This document shows positions 28,896 through 39,900 of a stretch of 62,467 nt of DNA, one piece after another (positions within the stretch are counted from its first letter, which is position 1; the number at the start of each line of letters is the position of its first letter). Below the pieces are notes generated by a model. It did no database searches, was not told the origin of the DNA, and worked only from the letters and a program-made list of their open reading frames with translations. The stretch is from a virus (Duplodnaviria > Caudoviricetes). The DNA lies in IMG/VR virus record IMGVR_UViG_3300045115_000277, positions 1-62,467 of that record; one strand, given 5' to 3'. Position numbers and translations under genes: made by a program.

Positions 28896-30460
28896 TCCGA
28901 CTGACCAGGTTCGGCGGTGAAATCCCGCGCGTGGCCCCCCGCCTCCTGGGCGATGTCGCCGCCCAGGTCGCGCGCAACGTCAGGCTGGAGGACGGGGCGC
29001 TGGCCCCCCTTCGTCTGCCGGCAGTGGTTCAAGCGGTCACGGGGTCGGTCAAGACGATCTACCCGGATGGGGATGCCTGGCTGACGTGGGACAAAGCCGT
29101 GGCTGTCGCACCGGCGCCCATCGCCGAAGACAGGCTCTACATTACCGGAGATGGCGTACCGAAGGTCAAGGTCGGCGCGACCACATACGCACTTGCTGTT
29201 CCGGCTCCTTCGTCAGCGCTCACCAGCGTTCTCGAAACCGGCGAGCCGGATTCCGAGATCTCCGCGACGGTGCTCTACACCTATACCTGGGTCACGGCGC
29301 TGGATGAGGAGTCGGAGCCCGCGCCCTTAGGCGATGGCGTGCTGTGGAGCGAGGGCCTCAACGTCGTGCTGACCGGCTTCCAGGCTGCGCCAGCCGACCG
29401 CGGCATCGATCGCATGCGCATCTATCGCTCGCAGACGAGCGCGCTTGGCGAAACTGAACTCTACCTCATCCACGAGCGATCGGCTTCGACCGCGTCATTT
29501 ACGGATGTGGTCGCGAACAACCCAATCCAGGAGCTTCTACAGTCGATCGACTATAACGCTCCACCGGACGGCCTCGCCGGTCTGGTCGCGATGCCGAACG
29601 GCATGATGGCCGCTTTCATGGGCAAGCGGCTGTATTTCTGCCAGCCCTACCGGCCGCACGCTTGGCCTGAGAAGTATATCCTCACAACGGATTACGAGAT
29701 CGTCGGCCTGGGCGTGTTCGGCTCGGCCGTGGCCGTCCTGACGACGGGACAGCCCTACATCGTGGCTGGCACTGCGCCCGACACCATGTCGATGGAGAAG
29801 ATGGAGGTGAACCTCCCCTGCCTCTCCGCGCGTGGGATCGTCGACATGGGCTATTCGGTGGCCTACCCCTCGCCTGAAGGGCTTGTCATCATCAACACGT
29901 CCGGCGCGCAGTTGGTGTCGCGTAACCTGATGACCCGCGACCAGTGGCAGCGCCTCACCCCCTCTTCCTTTGTCGCTAGCGTCTATTCGGGACGATACAT
30001 CGCCTCCTACACGCCAGCCGCCGGCACATCCGCCACCATCATCGTTGACCTGAGCGGGGAGCAGCCGTTCATCACCCATGCGGACCTGCACGCATCGGCC
30101 ATGTTCTCTCGCATCGAAGGCGGACAGCTCTACTTCGTCTCGGCCGGGGCTATCCGCGAATGGGACGCGCCGTCCGCGCCGGTCGGCTCATATGTCTGGC
30201 GCTCCAAATTGTTCGCGCTCCCCAGCTATGGCAATTTCGGAGCCTTCCTTGCCGATGCCGAAGCGCCGGACGGCTCGCCGCCTTCGTTCGCCGCCCGAAT
30301 CTACGCGGACGGCGTGCTGAGGGCGACCGTTCCGACGATCAACCAGCCCGCCCGCCTGCCGAGCGGGTTCACGGCGCGCACATGGGAGATCGAGATCGAG
30401 AGCAACTGCCGTGTAACCGCGCTTGCGATCGCCACCTCGCCATCGGAGTTGGCGGGATGA
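28892..30460 (+). CDS. Tail nozzle / tail tubular protein B-like
   Basis: FGGEIPRVAPRLL...ARNVRL; LYFCQPYRPHAWP; YVWRSKLF. Confidence 0.7.
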   Translation: MIRLTRFGGEIPRVAPRLLGDVAAQVARNVRLEDGALAPLRLPAVVQAVTGSVKTIYPDGDAWLTWDKAVAVAPAPIAEDRLYITGDGVPKVKVGATTYALAVPAPSSALTSVLETGEPDSEISATVLYTYTWVTALDEESEPAPLGDGVLWSEGLNVVLTGFQAAPADRGIDRMRIYRSQTSALGETELYLIHERSASTASFTDVVANNPIQELLQSIDYNAPPDGLAGLVAMPNGMMAAFMGKRLYFCQPYRPHAWPEKYILTTDYEIVGLGVFGSAVAVLTTGQPYIVAGTAPDTMSMEKMEVNLPCLSARGIVDMGYSVAYPSPEGLVIINTSGAQLVSRNLMTRDQWQRLTPSSFVASVYSGRYIASYTPAAGTSATIIVDLSGEQPFITHADLHASAMFSRIEGGQLYFVSAGAIREWDAPSAPVGSYVWRSKLFALPSYGNFGAFLADAEAPDGSPPSFAARIYADGVLRATVPTINQPARLPSGFTARTWEIEIESNCRVTALAIATSPSELAG

Positions 30461-31035
30461 AGCCAGGCGCGTCGGCATCCGTCGAGCAGAACCAGCTTTT
30501 CCGGCAGCTGAAGGAAAAGGTCGAGATCCTCAACGGCGATCGGGGCGACCAGCGCAAGGCAGCGATGCGGCAAGGCGATGCGCAGGATTTGCGCGAATTC
30601 ATCGCCAACCTTCGAAAGGGCACGGCCGACGTCCAGAAGGACTTGGCAGACGCCGTCGACAAGCTCAACCAGCTCGGGACCACGCTCGATCAGGTGGAAC
30701 AGAGCCTCGACGACACCAAGGCAGACCTCGAACAGACCGAGCAGGCGCTTGTTGCCGCCCAGGCGACGCTCAGCACCCTTCAGCAAACGCTGACATCGGT
30801 GCAGTCGAGCATCGAGCAGGCCCAACAGTCGATCGAGGCGCTCGACCAGAGCAGCGCCGCCGTGGCAAGTGAGCTTGCCGCGTTACGCGCCGCCGCGACG
30901 GGTGTCACCGTTCCTGATGTGTCGGCCGTCGCCGTGTCGGCACCGCCAACGGCAGCGGAATATAACGCTCTGCTCGGCGACCTAATAGCGATGCGCACCG
31001 CGCTTCTCTCGCTGAAGGCGGCAATCGACACCTGA
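30457..31035 (+). CDS. Coiled-coil tail needle/plug-like protein
   Basis: Long heptad repeats; C-terminal APPTAAEYNAL. Confidence 0.6.
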   Translation: MKPGASASVEQNQLFRQLKEKVEILNGDRGDQRKAAMRQGDAQDLREFIANLRKGTADVQKDLADAVDKLNQLGTTLDQVEQSLDDTKADLEQTEQALVAAQATLSTLQQTLTSVQSSIEQAQQSIEALDQSSAAVASELAALRAAATGVTVPDVSAVAVSAPPTAAEYNALLGDLIAMRTALLSLKAAIDT

Positions 31036-31048
31036 CGCAGTTATGCGC

Positions 31049-31103
31049 TATGATACCGGCACGCGCATGAGTGCGGTTCCTCAATCACGGACCCCCTGCG
31101 CGC
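31049..31103 (+). promoter_or_regulatory. GNAT/ejection operon leader: TATGAT, box 31063-31073, alternative stem
   Basis: GUGCGG 31071-76 can pair with CUGCGC 31096-101, and UCC with GGA; ATG at 31104. Confidence 0.7.
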
Positions 31104-31544
31104 ATGTCGATCCCGTCCATCATCCTTGACGAACCCGATCGGCTCATCGCCTGGGCGAGCGAGCAGCTGGGCGTCGGCTTCTTCAATGACGCGCGTGCGA
31201 TCGGCTGGGGAACGCTGGACGACATCCGCGCGGTCGCCGTCTACGAGCGGTGGACCGGAAGCGACTGCTGCGTCCATCTTGTAAGCGATCAGCGGCCCGG
31301 CTGGCTTGCTCGCCGGTTCATTGCCGCAGGGTTTTCCTACCCGTTCATCGTGGGCAGGCTTCGTCGGCTCACAGGGCTTGTTCCCGCCTCAAATTTTCGC
31401 GCCCTGCGCCTCAACGAGCATTTCGGATTTAGGCGCGAAGGAGCGTTGCGCGCAGGCGCGGACGACGGCGGTGACATGATCGTCATGGGAATGCTCCGCG
31501 AGGAGTGCCGCTTCATCTCGGAAAGGGACAAGAGCCATGGGTAG
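31104..31544 (+). CDS. GNAT-family acetyltransferase (internal virion protein type)
   Basis: FSYPF...RLTGLVPASNFRALRLNEHFGFRREGALR...MGMLREEC. Confidence 0.8.
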   Translation: MSIPSIILDEPDRLIAWASEQLGVGFFNDARAIGWGTLDDIRAVAVYERWTGSDCCVHLVSDQRPGWLARRFIAAGFSYPFIVGRLRRLTGLVPASNFRALRLNEHFGFRREGALRAGADDGGDMIVMGMLREECRFISERDKSHG

Positions 31545-32640
31545 CAAAGGCAGCGCGCCAAGCCCCGATCCGGCGATCGGACAGGCCGCGCTCATGCAGG
31601 CAAGACTCGGACAGGAGTTTTTGGACTTCAGCAAGCAGCAATATGCCGTCTCCAATGCGCGCAACGACAAGCTGGACGCGCTCTCGCAAGAGGTGACGCG
31701 CCAGCAGTTGGACGCGTCGAAGACGGCGCAGACGTGGGCAACCGAGGATCGGGAGCGATACAAGTCGGTCTTCCAGCCGCTTCAGGACGAATTTGTCGCC
31801 GAAGCGCAGAAATATGGGTCGCAGGAATATCAGGACCAGGCGGCATCCAAGGCGCGAGCGGACGTCATTAACTCCGCCGCCTCGCAGGCCGCCCAGCGCG
31901 GTCGCGCGATGGCTTCTATGGGCATTTCGCCCGCCAGCGGCCGTTATGCCGGCATCGAGCGAGGTGCCGATGTGCAGGTCGCGCTCGGCGCGGCCGGCGC
32001 GGAGAATAACGCGCGTCAGCTGGCGCGCGACAAAGGGCTGGCGCTCAAGGCAGATGCCATCAATCTCGGGAACGGCCTGCCCAGTTCGGCCGCCGGATCG
32101 CTTGGCCTTGGGGTCTCCGCTGGCGGGGCGGCCGTCAACACGGCGACTGTGCCGATCAGTGCGTACAATCAGTCGAACGCGAACTTGCAGGCCGGCTATG
32201 GCACCGCGATGAACGGCTATGCCGGTCAGGCGGCGGGAATGACCAGCCTCTACAACGCACAGTTGAGCGCCTACAACGCCCAGCAACAGGCCGGAGCCGG
32301 ACTGTTCAGTGGGCTCGGCAGCATCGCCGGTGCAGCGATCATCGCCTCCTCAAAAGACTATAAGGAGGACAAGAATCCGGCGCGCGGCGTCCTTGACGCG
32401 GTGCGCGAGATGCCGGTCGAGGAATGGACCTATAAGGAGGGCATCGCCGACGGCGGACGTCATATTGGCCCCTACGCGGAGGATTTCCAGAAGGCGACCG
32501 GCAAGGGCGACGGCAAAAGCATTCCCGTTGTCGATGCGCTGGGCGTGGCGCTCGGCGCGGTGCAGGAGCTCGACCGGAAGGTCGACAAGCTGATGGCGGG
32601 CCGCGGCATCGGCGTGGGCAAGCGGCAGAAGGCCGCGTAG
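31537..32640 (+). CDS. Ejection/pilot protein with C-terminal peptidase S74 (intramolecular chaperone) domain
   Basis: MGSKGSAPSPDP; A/G/Q-rich body; SSKDYKEDK...WTYK...HIGPYAEDF...AVQELDRKV. Confidence 0.7.
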   Translation: MGSKGSAPSPDPAIGQAALMQARLGQEFLDFSKQQYAVSNARNDKLDALSQEVTRQQLDASKTAQTWATEDRERYKSVFQPLQDEFVAEAQKYGSQEYQDQAASKARADVINSAASQAAQRGRAMASMGISPASGRYAGIERGADVQVALGAAGAENNARQLARDKGLALKADAINLGNGLPSSAAGSLGLGVSAGGAAVNTATVPISAYNQSNANLQAGYGTAMNGYAGQAAGMTSLYNAQLSAYNAQQQAGAGLFSGLGSIAGAAIIASSKDYKEDKNPARGVLDAVREMPVEEWTYKEGIADGGRHIGPYAEDFQKATGKGDGKSIPVVDALGVALGAVQELDRKVDKLMAGRGIGVGKRQKAA

Positions 32641-32648
32641 GAGGCGAT

Positions 32649-33902
32649 ATGGTGTCGTTGGGAATGGGCCTGGGGGCGTTCGCTCAAGGCATGGGCCAGG
32701 GTATGCAGATGGCGCAGCAGGTGAAGGGCGTCCTGCGCGACAAGAAGCTGCACGCCATGGAACAGGACGCGACGGCGGCCGGAACCGCCGCGCGCGAGGC
32801 AGACATCGCCAAGGCGATCCAGACCACCACCGGAGCGAACGGTGCGCAGTCGTTCTCCGTCGGCGGCCAGCAGTTCAGCGATGCCGGCCAAGCCCGGAAC
32901 GCCGCTGCCCAGCAGGTCGGCACGGTCATGGACTATTATCGCAACCAGACCGTCCCCAAGCTGATCGAAGGCTATATGAAGATGGGGGACGCCCAGAAGG
33001 CGTCCGCCCTTCAGTCGTGGGTCGAGACCGAGGACGCGAACAATCTCACCAAGGATTGGGCGCGCGCCACGCGCATGGCGCTGCTCGGCGACAACAAGGC
33101 CGCCATGCGCGGCTTCGGAAAGCTCTATGAGAAGTTGGAGCCGGGCTCGAAATATGTCGGCATGGAGGACATCACCGAACCCGTCTACGAGGAGCGCAAG
33201 CTGCCGAAGACGGGCGAGACGATCCGGGTCGAGGCCGGCACGCGCCCGGTCGGCGTCCGCCTGAAGCTCAAATCCGCAGACGGCGAAGAAGTGACGCACG
33301 ACTTCGGGAGCACGGAGGATTTGTTTCAGACCGCCATGCTGACCCTTTCTCCAGACAAATTCGTCGGCCGGGCTTTCGCGGAGGTGGACAAGGCGCAGGC
33401 GTCGCGCGCGGCGGCAGCGAAGGATGCACGCGAGTTCGGGCAGGACGTGCAGATGAAGCGCATGGACGCCGTCATCGCCGACCAGCGCGATCAGCGGCAA
33501 CACGAGCGGTCGATCATCCGCGACGATCGGCAGTTCGCGCAGACCACCGCGCGAGACGATCGCCAGTTTGCGCAGCAGAGCCAGCGAGACGCCACCTTGC
33601 AGGGCTATGATCTCGAAAAAATCACGACATCGAAGCAAATGGATGCTGCTCTGGCACCCTCCATGGAAGCAGCTAAGGCCAAGGGCGACACTGCCGAGGA
33701 TGCACGCAAAGCGATCGCTGGTATCTGGAAAAACCTTTCGACCAATTCCCTCCCGGGCAAAGACGGCTTCAATGCCAAGCCGGTCGAAGAACAAATTGAG
33801 CAGGCGGCGCGCATCTACCGTCAGCAGAGCACGGTAGCGCGCGGTGTCGTCGCCGGCGCCAAGCAGGAGTCACAGTCGCGGGGCATTCCAAAGCTGTGGT
33901 GA
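32649..33902 (+). CDS. Putative ejection (internal virion) protein
   Basis: GLGAFAQGMGQG N-terminus; helical; precedes the giant gene. Confidence 0.6.
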   Translation: MVSLGMGLGAFAQGMGQGMQMAQQVKGVLRDKKLHAMEQDATAAGTAAREADIAKAIQTTTGANGAQSFSVGGQQFSDAGQARNAAAQQVGTVMDYYRNQTVPKLIEGYMKMGDAQKASALQSWVETEDANNLTKDWARATRMALLGDNKAAMRGFGKLYEKLEPGSKYVGMEDITEPVYEERKLPKTGETIRVEAGTRPVGVRLKLKSADGEEVTHDFGSTEDLFQTAMLTLSPDKFVGRAFAEVDKAQASRAAAAKDAREFGQDVQMKRMDAVIADQRDQRQHERSIIRDDRQFAQTTARDDRQFAQQSQRDATLQGYDLEKITTSKQMDAALAPSMEAAKAKGDTAEDARKAIAGIWKNLSTNSLPGKDGFNAKPVEEQIEQAARIYRQQSTVARGVVAGAKQESQSRGIPKLW

Positions 33903-33922
33903 CAGCCTCCCCATGATCGGGC

Positions 33923-33988
33923 TAGGATAGGCGCAGCCGCGCATGAGTGTGGTCTTCATCGCAAGACCCCTCATCGCGAGTGCACGCC
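33923..33988 (+). promoter_or_regulatory. Giant-gene leader: TAGGAT, box 33939-33949, long alternative stem
   Basis: AUGAG 33943-47/CUCAU 33970-74 and GGUCUU 33951-56/AAGACC 33963-68. Confidence 0.7.
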
Positions 33989-36900
33989 TTGGCCAAGTCC
34001 ATCTTCCAGCTTTCGCCGCTTGATGCCGAAACCCAGCGCCAGGCGGAGGCGGACAGCGCCAGCCTGTCCGCGCCGGAGCTGCCCGCGATTGGCGCGCCGC
34101 CGCCCCTCTCCATCCCCGCCCTGCCCGCCGCTCCCGCCAGCGCCGGATCATCGGTCGGGCGTGTGCCCGGTGCGGTGAAGCCGCCGGCGGCGCTGATCTC
34201 CGCCTTCGAGCAGGCGGCGCTCAAATATGACATTCCGATCAATATCATCATGGCGCTGGGCGAGCAGGAATCGCGCTACAATCCGATGGCGCTGGGCACG
34301 CCCACGCAATGGGGCAGGGCCAAAGGCCTGATGCAGTTTCTCGACGACACCGCCGCCCGTCTTGGCATCAACCCGTTCGATCCGCTTCAGTCGATCGACG
34401 CCGCGGCGATGCAGCTGCGCCAACGGCTGAACAAGGGCTATTCGATGGCGGACGCCGTCAAGGAGCACTTCGCCGGGCCGGATCGGAAGAAATGGGGCGT
34501 CAAGACCGCCCGCTATGGCGAGGAGGTTCTTGGCCGCGCCGCGCGCCTGCGTGAAGAACTCGCGCCGCGCTATGAGCGCGGGCCTTGGTATTCGCCCGGC
34601 GCGAAGCCGATGAAGACGGACGGCCGCCCGGTCTCGGCCGACGCGATCGGTGCCGTCATCGGCGGCACCAAGAAAGCGCCGCCCTCGCTCGCCGCGACCT
34701 TCGAGAACCCGCACAGCGCCAAGAGCGTGATCGCGCGCTATCAGAGCGAGAGCCAGCGCTTGCCGAATGAGGGAGGCATCTCTGCGACCCGCCAGCCGAC
34801 TGGCACGCTCGCCAACGCGTTGCGCGGCGCAGCAACCTCCAGCGTCGAGGCGTTCCGGCAGGCCGGTCAGGGCGTGCGGATGCAGTTCGAGGACGCCGCC
34901 GGTCCGACAATTGACGCGTGGGTGGAGCGCAACATGCCCGGTGCGCCCGGGCTCAGCCTCGACGAACAGCGCGCGGCGTTCGGCAAGACCAACACGGAGC
35001 AGGCGTTCGCTCGCTCGCAGGATCGCGCCGCTGCCGCGACGCCCAAGTTCGACTCCTGGCTCGCCGATGCCGCCTATGGCGGCCTCCAGAGCATCATTCA
35101 GACCGCGCCGGGCATCGCGACCGGCATCGCCTTCGGGCCAGCGGCCGGCCTAGCCACGCTGGGCGGCCAGACGCAGGCGCAATCCTACGCCAAGTACCGG
35201 TCGCGCGGCGCGTCGCCGGGCATGGCGCTGGCAGGCGGCCTGGGCGAAGGATCAGTCGAGATCGCCACCGAAATGCTGCCCATGGGCTGGCTTGCGGAAA
35301 AGTTCGGCACGGTGGGCCTCAAGCGGTTCATGTCGGAATATCTGCTTCGTGAAATGCCGACCGAGCAGGTTGCCACGTTCCTCCAGGACGCGATCGACAC
35401 CGCCATCGCCAATCCCGACAAGACTTGGGGCGATTTCTGGGACGAGCGCGCCGACGCCGCCGGCAAGACGGCGGTGGCGACGCTGATGCAGTCCGGCGCG
35501 TTCGCTGGCGCAAACGCCGCGCTGGCTCGCGTGGCGCGCGAGGAAGTCGACCAGGCACTGGGACATCCTGCCCCCGCTGCTTCGGCCGTGCCCGCTGCTC
35601 CTGCGGAAAGGGCGGTGGCACCTGCCGCCCCTGCTCCAGAGCCGGCCGCGCCTGCCCCACCCCCACCGGCCGGCCCGCTCGGTCGCGCACTGGCGCAAGC
35701 GCCCGCTCCAGAACCGGTCCAGCCGCCGGCGAGCGCCATCGTGCCCGACCCCGTCGATCCGATGACGCCACTCACGCCGCTTACGCTGGCGACCGATGGC
35801 GCGGAATATTCCGTCCGGCTGCTCGGGGAAACCGAGGATGCCATCTGGGTCAAGACCGACAGCGGCGAGGAATTGCAGATTCCGCGCGCCGATGTCGCGT
35901 CGGGCGCGGTGCAGCTTCTCGGCCCCGAAGCTGCTCCCCCTCAAGCGGTCAAGGAAGACTTGACGGCTGAGGCCGCGCCCGAGCAGCCAGCGCCGGCTCA
36001 GGTCGAACCTGCTGCACCTGCTGAGGCGGAAGCAGTCGATCCCGAGACGGGCGAGATCCTCGCCGTGCCAGATGCGCCAACGGAGCGGCCCGCTCCTGTC
36101 GCAGCTGCGCCAAAGCCGGTGCGATCCAAGCCCGAACCGCTCGACGGCATGGACGAGCCGCAACTGCGCGAGCGGCTGAAATATCTCGCCACCCAGGCGC
36201 GCACCAATGCTGGCTGGACTAAACCGCTGCTCGCCGAACGCAAGCGCGTTGAAGCCGCTATCGACGCAATGAACGCCGCGCAGAGCGGAGACGACGCTAC
36301 GGCCGCAATCAAGGAGGCAGAGGCAAAGGCCGCAACTTCTCCGCTCAACGACCGGCCCGAGCCGACCCAAGCGCAGAAGGACGCCGGCAATTACGCCAAG
36401 GGCCATGTGTCGATCGGCGGGCTGGACGTCAGCATCGAGAACCCGGCGGGAACGAGCCGCCGCCCCGAATGGCCGCCGCTCAAGCATAGCTACGGTTACG
36501 TGAAGCGCAGCGAGGGCGCGGACGGCGACCATGTTGACGTGTTTCTCGGCCCCAAGGCTGGCGATCCGACCAACCCGGTCTTCGTGGTCGATCAGGTCAA
36601 CAAGGACGGCACCTTTGACGAGCACAAGGTCATGGTGGGCTTCGGCGACAAGGGTGCGGCCCGGCGCGGCTATCTCGCCAATTACGAGAAGGGATGGAGC
36701 GGACTTGGCGACATCACGGAAATGTCCTTCGAGGCGTTCCGTGACTGGGTGAAGGACGGCGGCCGCACGAACGCCCCGGCTGGCACGAAAGTCGGCGCGG
36801 CGACTCCTTCGCGCGACGAAGCGTCGGAACAGCCGGTCACTGCGACCGTTTCTGTTTCCGAGCCGCCGGTGGACGCCCCCCCGCCCCCCGATCAGTCCCC

Positions 36901-39900
36901 GACGGCACAGGCTCCGACGCCGGCCGCGCAAGATGTGCCGCCCGCGTCGGAGCCAAAGCCTTCCGTCAGGCGCGAGACCGACAAGAAAAACCAGAACCCA
37001 TACGTGCGTAACGGCGAGCGTTACACGCTGACCGCAGACGTCGATTATCTGCGTGCCGGCGGCGCGTACAAGGTCGAAAGCGCCGGTAAAAAGAGCGCCT
37101 TTTTCGCCAATCTTGAAACTGACGGTCGCACATCAGTCCAAAACTGGCGGATCGAGCGAGCGCTGAAGGATGGCGTGATGAGGCGGGTGGATGATCCCGC
37201 GCCTCGCCCCTCCGCCCGACCCGCGCCTGCCAAGGAAGACGTGCCGCGCCTTATCGAAGAAGGGTTCGCCGCGAACCGGGCGGTCCTCAAGAATTTCAAG
37301 AAGGGGGACGCCGTGGAGTTCGACCACGGCAACTTCTATCGCGACGGCCGCTCGCGCACATTCTCCGGCACTGTCGACGTCGTGCAGAGCAAGGAGCAAG
37401 GCACGATTCGCGTCGTGTCCGAAAGCGGTGCCGCCTATTCCGTGCAGGCGCGCAATCTGCGGCATCGCAAGTCGGACGACACGCAGTCGCCCACCCGGCA
37501 GTTCGAAGGCAACAAGCTGTTCACGGCCGACAAGGTCGAGGCGGCAAGGGCGCGGCTCAAGGAGAAGATGAACCGCATCAACAGCGGCATCGACCCGGAA
37601 GTGCTGCTCGACGGCATCGTCATCACAGGCGCGTATATCGAGGCGGGCGTGCGCAAGTTCGGCGAATACGCCGCCGCTATGCGCGCGGACTTTGGCGACC
37701 GCATCAACCCTTACCTCCTCTCCTTCTGGGAGGGCGCGCGCAACTATCCGGGGCTGGACACCGCCGGCATGTCGTCGCCCGAGGAATCGCGCGCCGCACA
37801 TGCCGACCTGCTGTCGCCCGGTCTGCCGTCGCAAGAAGCGATTGCGCTCGGGACAGAGGTGGCGAAGCCCAAGCGGAAGAAGGCTGCGTCTACGTCGCGC
37901 ACGCTGCGCGACGACTGGGGCGTCGACCATATCGACGGCTGGACGCCGATCGAGGGCGGGCAAAATGCGGAGACGGATTTTGGCCTGAAGGGCGGTGTCA
38001 AGGATGCCTTCCTCGCCGACGCCACCGCCTACATGCGCGCCGTCGCGGCGACGCTTCGGCCGCTGGGCTTTTCGCCCCACGTCGGCAGCAAGGGCAAGGA
38101 GGCAAACCCTGTTTCGCGCAACGCCGCCGGTCCGGCTGTTTCGGGTGACGTCAGCCTCCACCTTCGGCACGCAAGCGGAGCGAACGTCTATGCGACCATC
38201 GGCGCGACGTCGATGCGGGGAGCCGTTCCGACGAACAGCGCGGGCGTCTCCATCATGTATCGCGTCTCGCGAAAAGACGGCGACAAGCAGGCCACGGCTG
38301 GTGTAAACCGGTGGGCGCCCGCCGACCTCAGCGCTGTCGATCTTGCCGACACGATCGCCTGGGAAGTCGGCCGGGGCAAGCCGGAGCTCACTCGCGATGT
38401 CGCAGAACCCGAACCAGCTGGACAAGGCCGCGATCGAAGCGGAATTCCGACGCCTGAAGCAGGACGGCGTAATGGAGACGATCCCGCTGCGCGACCGGAT
38501 CTTGGCGACCTGGCAGAAGGACAGCCCGAGGATGTGGGCGAACCTGCAATCGCAGGGCCTGACGGAGAAGATGGCGTTCGTGGTGCAGGCCCGGATGTGG
38601 CAGCGGCAGGACGAGCTGATGAAGGCGGGCCTGCCGATGACGGACGCGCGCGAGGAAGCGGAACGCGAGGAACTGCTGCTGGAGCCCGAGACGCAGGAGC
38701 CGGACGACAGCGACCTGCCGACGACGTTGCAGGACGCGCCCCCGTATCTCAAGAGCCAGTGGCGCGAGCAGATGGCCCTGCTAAGCGACGACGCGCCGAC
38801 AGCGTAGGCGAGCCTGATCTATTTCAGGATGCGCCGGAGCTTTCCGCTGCGCCCCTCGCGCCGCTCAGCCCGGCAAAGACCGGCCCCGGTAATTTCCACA
38901 TCGCCAATCCGCTGGAGATTGTTGGCGGCGGACCGGTAGCGCGGTTCGACCGCAACCGTCAGGCGATCGAAACCTACAACGCGATCAGGGACGAGGGGCG
39001 CGCCGCCACCGCGGAGGAGCAGCGCATCCTCGCCGGCTACACGGGCTGGGGAAGTTTCGGGCAGGAGCTATTCCAAGGGACGTGGGCGCGTCCCATGCCC
39101 AAGGACAGCTGGCAGGAGCGCGATCGCTGGCTGCGCGACCATCTGGGCAAGGAGGAATGGGAGAGCGCGCAGCGGTCCATCACCAATGCCCACTATACCG
39201 ATCCTCCAACCGTCATGGCGATGTGGGCGATGATGCAGCGCATGGGCTTCAAAGGTGGCCGCGTGCTCGAACCGTCCATGGGCATTGGCAATTTCTTCGG
39301 CATGATGCCGGCGGACCTGCAAAGTCGGTCCCAGCTAGCCGGGATCGAGCTCGACAGCCTGACGGGCGGCATGGCCCAGCTGCTCTACCCGGACGCCAAT
39401 GTCCGCGTGATGGGCTATCAGGAGTCGCGCACGCCCGACGACTTCTACGATGTCGTCATCGGCAACTGGCCGTTCGAGAACACCGTAATCGCCGACCGGC
39501 TCTATGATCGCCTGTCGCCCTATCTTCACGACTATTTCTTCCTGAAAGCGCTCGACCAGGTGCGGCCGGGCGGCATCGTCATGGGTATCACGTCGTCCGG
39601 CTCGATGGACAAGAAGGCGACCGGCGTCCGGCGCGAGCTGGCGCGAAAGGGCGAGTTGGTCGCAGCCTTCCGCCTGCCCTCCGGCGCGTTCGCCGAATAT
39701 GCCGGCACGAAGGTGGTCACGGACATCGTCATCCTGCGCAAGCGCGTCGAGCCGATCAGCCTCGCGGATGGAGAGGGCTGGATCAACAGCGTGCCCTATC
39801 AGACCCCTAACGGCGAAGTGCACATCAACGAGTATTACGTCGCCAATCCCTCGCATGTGATCGGAACGATCGACTTCGGCCACGGCACCACGCGCGGCCA

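Noticed and set aside
21426-33949. ORF-track GTG starts at 21426, 31071 and 33947
   Set aside because: These GTGs are part of the regulatory box; better starts are 21453, 31104 and 33980/33989
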